This document shows positions 16,581-24,660 of a DNA stretch of 43,254 bases, piece after piece. This DNA comes from an uncultured Clostridia bacterium (GTDB lineage: Bacteria > Bacillota > Clostridia > Christensenellales > Pumilibacteraceae): positions 1-43,254 of the forward strand of contig CAKQJJ010000001.1 of the NCBI GenBank assembly GCA_934247335.1. The letters are read 5' to 3'. How positions within the stretch are numbered: the first letter of the stretch is position 1; each line of letters starts with the position of its first letter. Under the pieces are notes generated by a model that saw nothing but the letters and a program-made list of their open reading frames with translations, made no database searches and had not been told where the DNA came from. The translations under genes and the position numbers were made by a program.

Positions 16581-19454
16581 CTATTTTCCGTTCTTCTCTC
16601 TGTGTTCGCGAATGATTTCGTGCGGCCACTTGAACTTGAATTTACGAACCGCAATGTCTGCCAGGAACAACACGATTGCAATGATAATGAACAGATATCT
16701 CGGGTCGAATTTTCTTGCGAACGAAATTACTATTTCTTCAAAGATTTCGACGGGATCGTCGTTATCCGCAACCAGCGCGCCTTTACCTTTCGCGGCGATA
16801 TCGGACATAACTTCTCTCATCGCTGTTTCGTCGGCGTCTTTGGAAATATCGTATTCCGCCGAGTACGCGAACGATTTGAACGCCTCGCTTTCCGTCTGTT
16901 CAACCACTGCTCCGCTCGCGTTCACGCGTTTTGCGACTATTTTGTACACGCCCGCGTTTTTAATTGCGAAAGTGCTGCGGGTATAACCGGTTTCGGCGTC
17001 GAGCGCAACGGTAACGAAGCAATCGGCGTCTGCCGAGTACGAGGAAGTCGAATTGAGCGACACCGTTTTGCCGGTATCTACGTTTACCACTTCCGCGGTA
17101 ATGCGCTCGCCCTCGTTAAGCTCGGAATAGTATACGGAAAGTCGGTTGTATACGTTTTCTTCGGTAATTTTGAGAGAAAGCTTGGTTACGCGTATGTTTT
17201 CGGTGGGCATCAGGTTGTTTACGATGTTCTGGATAAGCTTAACGCCGTTTTTATCGGACATGAATTCGCTTGACCAGCTGCTGTTCTGCAAATCGCACAT
17301 GAAGCTTCCCACCTTGCCTTTTCCGTACGACCACTGCGCGTAAACGGGCACGTCGTAGTCGCCTGCAAGGTACAAATCCGCGTTCTGACGCTTTTTAACG
17401 CCGTAGAAGCCGTTAAGCTTAACCGTCATGCGGGATTTTTCCTCTTCTTCGCCGGTTTCGATGCCGTTGAAGACCGGACTCATAAGCTTTTTGACAATCG
17501 GCTTGAACGGATCTTTTCCCAGTTCCTGCAAAGTAGGCGAAGTGAGGTCGTTACGCATGGTAAGCGTAAGTTTTGCCAGATCGGTTACGGCATAGCAACC
17601 GCCGCCGCCCGTACCGTCCGCGTTTTTGCCGGCGGCAACTATTTTCTGCATGTTGGACATACCGGTTGCGTTCTCCGAATCGGTGAGCACCACCGCCGAC
17701 AGCGTGAGGTTGGATTCCTTGTGAGCGGTTGCAACCTGTTCGCACACCGTCTGAACCTGGTCGTCGCTTATAAAACCGTCGGTAACGATGACGATGTGGC
17801 GTTTATCCACTTCGGTGAGCGCCGAAAGCGAGTTTATCGCACGTTTTATTGCGCCGACGAACGACGTTCCGCCTGCCGCCACCTGCACTTTGTTTATCGC
17901 GTTTAAGATTTCGTCCTTTCTGGTGACCGGGATGGGGTCGAGAAGCGAACGATAGTCGTTGTCGAGCGTCATAACGCCGAAGTAGTTGGCAAGACCGGTA
18001 TTGGTGGTTTCGTCGTATACCGCGTTGTAGCAGGAAAGCGCGCCGCTTCGCGCAGCCGTAAGCTTTCCGCCGCCCATAGATCCCGAACGGTCGATAATAA
18101 GCATAACCCCGATAGGAGGCGTGTAGTTATCGACAGCCAGAACGGGCAACATTTTCTGAAGATCGCTCTCTTCGAGGTCTTCGGCAACGTACGCGTGCTG
18201 ATCGCCCTTTTCGTCGTTACCGCCTACGGTGAACATGCCGCCGCCGAATTCGTAAACGTATTCGTCGAGGATGTCAACCAGCACCGATTTGTCCTTTTGC
18301 GTGGGCAAATTGGGGTTCTGAGCGGTGTCGGTGAGATCGGCGTTGGAAATATTGTTGAGAATTACCTGATCGTAAGCGCGAAGTTCTTCCACCGTGGACG
18401 GCAATTTATCGTTGTATACGTCCAATACGGTGAGATCGAACGCGGAAGTAACGTCGGTGTTGATAAGCTTTTTAAGTTCTTCCGACTGACCTTTCACGCT
18501 TTCGAGAACGAGTATTTTGTTGAAAGCTTCGATATAAACGTGAGTTATATATTCGCTGTTTTTTTCTATCGAATCACCGTTATCGAGCGAGATTTTTACC
18601 TTTATTTCATGCAATCCGTCGGTAGTAAACGTATGGCGCATGACGAAAGACTGCTCGCCGCGGGTAATTTCGGTATCTTCGAGCGCACTCTCGACGTCCA
18701 GTTCGCCGTTATCGAAAAGCTGAACGGTTGCGCCGGTTGCGGGTTCGCTTGCGAAGATATTTACCGTGAACGCGCTTTCTTCGTTTACCTTAACGTTATA
18801 GTCGGGGCGTTCGACCGAAGAAATCTGAACGTCGGCTCCGCTGAACTGCGAGGACACGAATACGGTGTCCACTATTGTTCCCTGAACGGAAAGCGAACGA
18901 GCCACGTCCGCAGCGTTTTTGTCGGTTTGTTTGCCGTCGGATATCAGAACAATACGCGACGATTCGGGATGAGTAAAGCAACTTCTCGCAAACACGAGCG
19001 CGGACGCAATATCGGTTGCCGTAACGTCGGGAAGTTCCGCCGTCAGGTACGCGTCGTAAATGCCGTTTATATCGGTAGTAAGCGGAACGACGTATTTCTG
19101 ATTAAGTCCGAAAGTCACCAGTCCCACTTTAAGGTTGCTGTTTTTGCTGTAATCGAGTACCGCTTCAACCGCTCTGTCGCGATTGTCGGCGGAATTTTCC
19201 TGCGAATCGGACATATCGACGAGAACTATTATTTCGTTGGAAGTATTGGGAACTTCGTACGAGAAGGTCACGTCCGCAAGTACCGAAACGGCAAGGACCA
19301 TTACTATGCAGTGCAACACTATCGAACAGATACGGTTTCTGCTGCGTCTGTGCTTTTTGGAAAGTCTGAAATAGGGGATAAAGACCAGCAAAAACGCGGG
19401 AATGAGCAGGAGCAGCAGCCAGGGATGAGCGAAATTAATTGAGCAATTTGACAT
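16581..19454 (-). CDS. Bat-like membrane protein with two VWA domains (N-terminal double-TM hairpin, C-terminal TM anchor)
   Basis: I place the start at MSNCSINFAHPWLLLLLIPAF (ATG 19452-19454), preceded by GAGGAGG. MIDAS motifs are DMSDS (19203-19217) and DRSGS (18078-18092). The C-terminal helix is YLFIIIAIVLFLADIAV, followed by a basic tail. The 26 codons upstream in the ORF track overlap the previous gene and have no RBS. Confidence 0.85.
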   Translation of the reverse strand: MSNCSINFAHPWLLLLLIPAFLLVFIPYFRLSKKHRRSRNRICSIVLHCIVMVLAVSVLADVTFSYEVPNTSNEIIVLVDMSDSQENSADNRDRAVEAVLDYSKNSNLKVGLVTFGLNQKYVVPLTTDINGIYDAYLTAELPDVTATDIASALVFARSCFTHPESSRIVLISDGKQTDKNAADVARSLSVQGTIVDTVFVSSQFSGADVQISSVERPDYNVKVNEESAFTVNIFASEPATGATVQLFDNGELDVESALEDTEITRGEQSFVMRHTFTTDGLHEIKVKISLDNGDSIEKNSEYITHVYIEAFNKILVLESVKGQSEELKKLINTDVTSAFDLTVLDVYNDKLPSTVEELRAYDQVILNNISNADLTDTAQNPNLPTQKDKSVLVDILDEYVYEFGGGMFTVGGNDEKGDQHAYVAEDLEESDLQKMLPVLAVDNYTPPIGVMLIIDRSGSMGGGKLTAARSGALSCYNAVYDETTNTGLANYFGVMTLDNDYRSLLDPIPVTRKDEILNAINKVQVAAGGTSFVGAIKRAINSLSALTEVDKRHIVIVTDGFISDDQVQTVCEQVATAHKESNLTLSAVVLTDSENATGMSNMQKIVAAGKNADGTGGGGCYAVTDLAKLTLTMRNDLTSPTLQELGKDPFKPIVKKLMSPVFNGIETGEEEEKSRMTVKLNGFYGVKKRQNADLYLAGDYDVPVYAQWSYGKGKVGSFMCDLQNSSWSSEFMSDKNGVKLIQNIVNNLMPTENIRVTKLSLKITEENVYNRLSVYYSELNEGERITAEVVNVDTGKTVSLNSTSSYSADADCFVTVALDAETGYTRSTFAIKNAGVYKIVAKRVNASGAVVEQTESEAFKSFAYSAEYDISKDADETAMREVMSDIAAKGKGALVADNDDPVEIFEEIVISFARKFDPRYLFIIIAIVLFLADIAVRKFKFKWPHEIIREHREKNGK

Positions 19455-19467
19455 AAACCGCACCTCC

Positions 19468-21471
19468 TCACATATTGTCGCGCAACTGAAGAATCCACTC
19501 GATAAAGAGCAGTGCAACCAGCGCGGCGGCAAAGTAAATCAGAAGATCTTTAAAGTAATCGTATTTAACCGAACCGGTGAACGGATCGTATACGGTATCT
19601 TCTCTTGCCGCTATATTGCTTTCTGCGGCAGGTATTTTGACGTAAATTTTAGTATCGTCCACTTCTTTTCCCAAAAATCCGGTCTGAGAAATATTGTACG
19701 TTCCGGGAACGGTAAGCTTGACCTTTGCGGGGAATTCGTTGAAAGTGGTGCCTTCATCGTCGTCGGAAGAAATACGCTTTAAGTTAAGCTCGGTGCCCAT
19801 GCTGTTGATGGTAATTTCCGAGTACACTTCAAACGAATTTCCGTTTACCGTAGCAGGCAGGAAATAATCGAATAAATTTTTGAAAAGCAACGGCCATGCG
19901 GTTTTCAGCCCGATGTTGGAATAATGAACGCTGAAGCCCATTACAAAAACCTTACTGTCCACCTCGTTTTTGACCAGCATAACCGATTCGCCGTTACAGG
20001 ACGCTATGGACGTATAACCGTCAAAGTTTCCGAATACGTTGTAACGCGTCACTTCGATATCGGACACAGTAATATTTTTAAGAAGCGGGCTGCGACCGGT
20101 TTCGAGATCGTCTTCGGTGAGCGCGGTGGGAATTTTGTTGAGATCGCGCACTCCTCTGAGCGTAAAGCCCGAACGTTCGGGTGCCGAAAGCGGATCGAGA
20201 AGGAAAACAACGCCGTCGTCGGGCATGGTTTCTGGCATCGTATGCTCGAAAATGTACAAATCGAAGCCCTTTGCCTCTTCCGCTTGTTCGTCCAGTTCGA
20301 TATTATAGATATCCGAGTAGTTTTTACGGAGAGCAAGCAACATATCGGTGACGAATATATTTTTGGATACTTCTCCTTCAATGAAGCTGGAATACATAAC
20401 TTTCAACGTGGGTTTGATACCGCCGTAAACGCTGAAATTGTCGTCTTCGGAATAGTTGTCGATAAGGTCGTCGCCGTTTTCGTCGAGATAAACCAGAATG
20501 GAATCGAACGAGTAGTAGCCGCCTTCGGTTACGACGTACTTGGTTTTGCCGTCCTCCGACTCGCCGTCATCGCCGTAAGCCCGAAATACCACGGTGGTGG
20601 TTTCTTCCGTACATTCGATGTCTTTTGCTTCAAATGTAAGCGTAGTTCCGCCGGTTACGGTGGAATTTTTATTGGCTCCGCTGACCACTACGTTTACGCC
20701 GAGAGTGGCGTCACGGTTGTAGGAAGCGATTTCGACGGTGAGAGTATAGTAACCGCTTTCAAAAGTGGTGTACGCGTTTAAGATTGCGGCGTTCCACTCG
20801 GCGGAAGCTTTGACGTTTTGCACTCGAACGTTGTTAGGCAGATAGTCGTACTCTTTATCGGTGTAGATATAGATAAGCGTTTTCGGATTTTCGGCAACTA
20901 CGTCTTCACACAATTCAAGCGCGCCGTCGATATCGCCGTTACCGTACGAGCAGTACACGGGATTGTATCCGTCAATCTGCATAAGATCGCCGAAAGTGCC
21001 GCTGACATTGAGAGCCTCTGCACTCGAAGCTCTTTTATTGAGAAAAGCGGGGTTGTCGTTTGCCAGTATTACCGAAACCGTTCCGTCTTCTTTGAGAATT
21101 TTGTCGGACAGTTCGGAAGCCTGTCTTACCGCGCGGATAAAACGGGTTTCGTCGTCGGTGGTGGTGCGCATACTTGCCGAAGCGTCCACGATTATTATCA
21201 CTTCGCCCTCTTCTGGTTGCTGACGAAGCACCTGCGAAGGCGTTGCAAGCAGCAATGCGCAGCAAGTGATCGCCAGAATCTGGCAAATAATAAGCAATAA
21301 GTCCCTCAGCCTGCTGGTGGGAATTTTTTTCTTTTTATATTTAAGACTTAGCTTCCAGATATAGGTACTGGAAACGAATTTTTGCTGATAGTTAGGCTTT
21401 ATGATGTAAATGAGAATAAGAACAAGTATTCCCAGTAAACCCAAAAGCCCCAAAGGCGTTAAGATTTTCAT
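19468..21471 (-). CDS. BatA-like VWA membrane protein (N-terminal double-TM domain, C-terminal TM anchor)
   Basis: 667 aa. MKILTPLGLLGLLGILVLILIYIIKP followed by a Lys-rich loop and a second TM helix. MIDAS DASAS (21172-21186). C-terminal helix LLIYFAAALVALLFIEWIL. Its ATG overlaps the DUF58 stop (ATGA). Confidence 0.85.
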   Translation of the reverse strand: MKILTPLGLLGLLGILVLILIYIIKPNYQQKFVSSTYIWKLSLKYKKKKIPTSRLRDLLLIICQILAITCCALLLATPSQVLRQQPEEGEVIIIVDASASMRTTTDDETRFIRAVRQASELSDKILKEDGTVSVILANDNPAFLNKRASSAEALNVSGTFGDLMQIDGYNPVYCSYGNGDIDGALELCEDVVAENPKTLIYIYTDKEYDYLPNNVRVQNVKASAEWNAAILNAYTTFESGYYTLTVEIASYNRDATLGVNVVVSGANKNSTVTGGTTLTFEAKDIECTEETTTVVFRAYGDDGESEDGKTKYVVTEGGYYSFDSILVYLDENGDDLIDNYSEDDNFSVYGGIKPTLKVMYSSFIEGEVSKNIFVTDMLLALRKNYSDIYNIELDEQAEEAKGFDLYIFEHTMPETMPDDGVVFLLDPLSAPERSGFTLRGVRDLNKIPTALTEDDLETGRSPLLKNITVSDIEVTRYNVFGNFDGYTSIASCNGESVMLVKNEVDSKVFVMGFSVHYSNIGLKTAWPLLFKNLFDYFLPATVNGNSFEVYSEITINSMGTELNLKRISSDDDEGTTFNEFPAKVKLTVPGTYNISQTGFLGKEVDDTKIYVKIPAAESNIAAREDTVYDPFTGSVKYDYFKDLLIYFAAALVALLFIEWILQLRDNM

Positions 21472-22367
21472 GACATAATACCTGCCTTTAACAATTCTCC
21501 GAACAACACTCTTTCAATGGGTTTGTCCGTTTGTACGGAAATAAAGTCTACGCTGCGTTTTTTACAATATTCGGCAATACCGGCGCGAAAATCGGCAAGA
21601 GCCTGCGCGTACGCCGCCTGCATGCTGCGGGTAATGCGGATACGCATATTTTTCGGGTCGCTGGTATCGATCGACTCGGAATCGATAAGATTTACTCTGC
21701 CGTCGTAAGCCGGATCGACTTCTTCGGGCGTGAGAATCTGCACGAGCATGACCTGTCTTTTTTTGTAGCAAAGATAGTCCACCGCTTTTTTCCAGTTTCC
21801 GTCGGTGAGAAAATCGGAAATAATAACCGACAAGCCGTTGCTTGTTCCGGTTTCCGGGCAACTCGTAACGCACGCGTCGATGTCAACGTCGTCGCCGAAC
21901 GTAACGTCCTGCAACTGACCGATCGCACGGAAGAAAGCCTGTTTTCCGATGATATTGCCAAACGGATTTTCCGATTTATTGCCTTTCATTATATTGAAAG
22001 ACAGTTTATCCATATTGTGGACGGCGAGAAAACCGAGCGCGGCGGCGGTAGCCATAGCGTAGGCGCCTTTGCCGTTAGCCGGGTTTCCCATGGAAGCGGA
22101 ACAGTCCAGAAAAATCTGAATCTGCATCTGCCGCTCGTCCGTAAACAGCTTTAGAAAATACTTCTCGAAACGGCTGTAAAGGTTCCAGTCGATTCGTCTG
22201 ATGTCGTCGCCCAGCTGATATTCGCGGAAGTCCGCAAATTCAACCGTCTGACCGTAAGTACTTACAAGATGTTTTCCACCGAAATAACCGGAAAGGCTCG
22301 TTTTTAAGTTTAACGATAAAGTTTCGAGACGACTGAAAAAGCCGTCGTTAAGATAAGAACCTTTCAT
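21468..22367 (-). CDS. DUF58 family protein (MoxR-associated, VWA-like)
   Basis: 299 aa. The hallmark block FADFREYQLGDDIRRIDWN, and a DxSxS motif DCSAS (22092-22106). Confidence 0.85.
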   Translation of the reverse strand: MKGSYLNDGFFSRLETLSLNLKTSLSGYFGGKHLVSTYGQTVEFADFREYQLGDDIRRIDWNLYSRFEKYFLKLFTDERQMQIQIFLDCSASMGNPANGKGAYAMATAAALGFLAVHNMDKLSFNIMKGNKSENPFGNIIGKQAFFRAIGQLQDVTFGDDVDIDACVTSCPETGTSNGLSVIISDFLTDGNWKKAVDYLCYKKRQVMLVQILTPEEVDPAYDGRVNLIDSESIDTSDPKNMRIRITRSMQAAYAQALADFRAGIAEYCKKRSVDFISVQTDKPIERVLFGELLKAGIMS

Positions 22368-22398
22368 TATTTGAGCTCCGTAAAAGATTTATTAAAGG

Positions 22399-23397
22399 TT
22401 ATTTCGAGGTTTTATAGTTTTTGCTTACCTCTTCTACTATCATTTTGATGATATTGTCTGCGGAAATTCTGTCCGCAACCGCCTCGAAGTTGAGTTTTAT
22501 TCTGTGACGCAGAACGGGGTATGCCAGTTCGTTGATGTCCGAATAAGAAACGTTGAATCTGCCCTTGATGAGCGCGAGGACTTTTGCCGCGGAAATGAGC
22601 GCCTGACCGGCACGGGGGCTGGCGCCCACTCTTATATACTTCTTAGCGGCTTCGGTTGCGCACTCTCCGTCGGGATGAGTTGCGGCGGTCATGGTCATGG
22701 CGTATTTGAGAACGTCGGTTGCAACCGGGATGAGATTTGCGGTTTCGCGCATTTTGAGAATCTGTTCCTTATTGCATACGCATTCGGCAACTTCCGCCAT
22801 GGTTTTCTGAGTCATGTCGACTATCTGCATGAGTTCGTCCAGAGAAGGATCGGGCACGAGCAGTTTGAACATGAAACGGTCCATCTGCGCTTCGGGAAGC
22901 GGATACGTACCGTCTTGCTCGATCGGGTTCTGGGTAGCAAGCACGAAGAACGGTTCTTCAAGCTTTCTGGACACGCCCATAACGGTGACGGTGTGCTCCT
23001 GCATTGCTTCGAGCAGAGCCGACTGAGTTTTTGGCGTAGCACGGTTGATTTCGTCCGCGAGAATAATATTGGAGAAGATCGGACCCTTCTGGAATTGGAA
23101 CGAAGAGTTTCCGTTTTCGTCCTTTACTATAATATTGGTACCGGTAACGTCCGCAGGCATAAGGTCCGGGGTGAACTGTATACGCGAGAACGGCAAGTCG
23201 AATACTCTGCCGAGGGTACGCACCAGACGTGTTTTTCCTACGCCCGGAACGCCTTCGAGCAGCACGTTTCCGCCTGCGATCATTGCTATAACGGTGTTTT
23301 CCACGACTTCCTTTTGTCCGATGACGTCACGGGAAATCTGCTTGAATATCTCGTTACACTGTTTGCTGAATTGTTCGATGTCCTTTTCTGTAATCAT
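22399..23397 (-). CDS. MoxR-family AAA+ ATPase
   Basis: 332 aa. Walker A LLEGVPGVGKT, Walker B ILADEINRA, and the QNPIEQDGTYPLPEAQMDRF block typical of MoxR/RavA-like ATPases. Confidence 0.9.
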   Translation of the reverse strand: MITEKDIEQFSKQCNEIFKQISRDVIGQKEVVENTVIAMIAGGNVLLEGVPGVGKTRLVRTLGRVFDLPFSRIQFTPDLMPADVTGTNIIVKDENGNSSFQFQKGPIFSNIILADEINRATPKTQSALLEAMQEHTVTVMGVSRKLEEPFFVLATQNPIEQDGTYPLPEAQMDRFMFKLLVPDPSLDELMQIVDMTQKTMAEVAECVCNKEQILKMRETANLIPVATDVLKYAMTMTAATHPDGECATEAAKKYIRVGASPRAGQALISAAKVLALIKGRFNVSYSDINELAYPVLRHRIKLNFEAVADRISADNIIKMIVEEVSKNYKTSK

Positions 23398-23453
23398 ATT
23401 TATAGTCTACCTTGTAAAAATTTTTCTGTAACGTTTAAGTCCGGTTTCCGTCG

Positions 23454-24485
23454 TCAGTTGGAAATTCCGTCGAAATAGTCGCCTATAATATCGCCGTCGC
23501 CGGGAGTAAGGTTTCCGTTATTGTTAACTTCGTCCTGGGCATTGTTTTTAGCGTCGCCCAAATCGTCCTTGTAGTTGTGTTCGCCGTCTTTATACTGATT
23601 GTTTTCGTCGTACGAACCGTTTCCGTCGGTGGAAGGCTTGTCGCTGGGCTGAGGAGTGTTGTTGGGTTTATCCGATTTATCGCTGGGAAGGGGCAAATCG
23701 TCGGGATAGGGATCGTTGTCCTCGTCGGCATCCGGATCGGCGTCCTTTGCCTCGACGAAGTTTGCGGTAACCTTGATTTTGCCGGAAACCTCGTAATCGA
23801 CGCGGTAAGCATCGGTTACTCCGTCCGACCAGCCTACGAATATATATCCTTTGTCCGCAACCGCCATGACGGCAAGAGCGTTTTCTCCCTCGTAAACGGT
23901 CTGATTGGTTTCGCCGACTACGGAGCCGTTTTTACCGGCGACGTATTCCACTTTGAAACTTTTGGCTTCTTCCACGTGTTCGGGATTGACAAGCTCGACG
24001 CCGCTTTTGATGACGCCCGCGTTGTACAGAGCGTACACCGTGGTGGTGCCTGCCGCGCAAACGCCGGCAATCGCAACGCCCGCAATGAGCGCAACCGAAA
24101 CGGCGATTTTGATGAGATCGGCGCTTACTTTATTCAACGATTCCATGGCGTCCTGACGCTGACGGGTGGCGATATACGAATCGTCGCCTTCGAGTTCGGT
24201 CATGGTGATAAGACGTTCTTCCAGTCCGAGCTCGTCTACGCGACGGGCAATCGAACGGGTAGTGGGTCGATATTTAACCAGGTAAACGGTAACGGCGGTA
24301 GCCGCAAGCACGACTACGAACAGCACGATGCTGAGCCATATGCCCTTAAAGCCGACAAACCAACAAACCGCCGCGGTTACGAACAGAACCGCGAGAGCAG
24401 CAAGCAGTCCTATGAGCGTAGCCTTTAAAATGCCTTCCGCAACCATGCGTTTGTGGTACTTCTGAAACAGTTGTTTTGCGTTCAT
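23454..24485 (-). CDS. 3-TM membrane protein with an extracytoplasmic Listeria-Bacteroides repeat and an acidic/Pro-rich disordered tail
   Basis: 343 aa. Hydrophobic helices at about aa 22-44, 49-70 and 124-147. B-repeat hallmark KGYIFVGWSDG. The tail (aa 245-343) is rich in D, P, N and K. RBS AGGAGG. Confidence 0.8.
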   Translation of the reverse strand: MNAKQLFQKYHKRMVAEGILKATLIGLLAALAVLFVTAAVCWFVGFKGIWLSIVLFVVVLAATAVTVYLVKYRPTTRSIARRVDELGLEERLITMTELEGDDSYIATRQRQDAMESLNKVSADLIKIAVSVALIAGVAIAGVCAAGTTTVYALYNAGVIKSGVELVNPEHVEEAKSFKVEYVAGKNGSVVGETNQTVYEGENALAVMAVADKGYIFVGWSDGVTDAYRVDYEVSGKIKVTANFVEAKDADPDADEDNDPYPDDLPLPSDKSDKPNNTPQPSDKPSTDGNGSYDENNQYKDGEHNYKDDLGDAKNNAQDEVNNNGNLTPGDGDIIGDYFDGISN

Positions 24486-24545
24486 TTTTGTTACCTCCTG
24501 TCTTCATCCGCCACAGGTATAGTATTGGCGGATTATAATTTTAAT

Positions 24546-24574
24546 ATTATAGCACAAATGCGGAATTTCGTAAA
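24546..24574 (-). promoter_or_regulatory. extended -10 promoter of the MoxR/VWA/lipoprotein operon
   Basis: The reverse strand reads TTTACG aaattccgcatttgtgc TATAAT, with TGc preceding the -10. -35 at 24569-24574, -10 at 24546-24551. Confidence 0.65.
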
Positions 24575-24660
24575 CTGTTTTTTGTAAACAATTCACGAAA
24601 TCCCGACATTTTCACCTAAGTTTCGCCTTTCGGCGGTGCTATTTATTCGTTTTTATTATC

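Noticed and set aside
19455-19532. A 26-codon N-terminal extension (MPPRWLHCSLSSGFFSCATICEEVRF) of the double-VWA protein in the ORF track.
   Set aside because: It overlaps the 3' end of the preceding gene and has no RBS. The internal ATG at 19452-19454 is preceded by GAGGAGG and opens directly into the conserved Bat-type double-TM N-terminus.
16581-23397. Interpretation of the MoxR/VWA genes as a vWA-MoxR type conflict or anti-phage system.
   Set aside because: - No effector-type domain (nuclease, protease, TIR, pore-former) is visible in or next to the module, and neither is any VMAP-like partner.
- DUF58 plus double-TM Bat-type VWA proteins is the housekeeping Bat-like architecture.
- There are no mobile-element or defence-island neighbours.
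- A defence role cannot be strictly excluded without searches.
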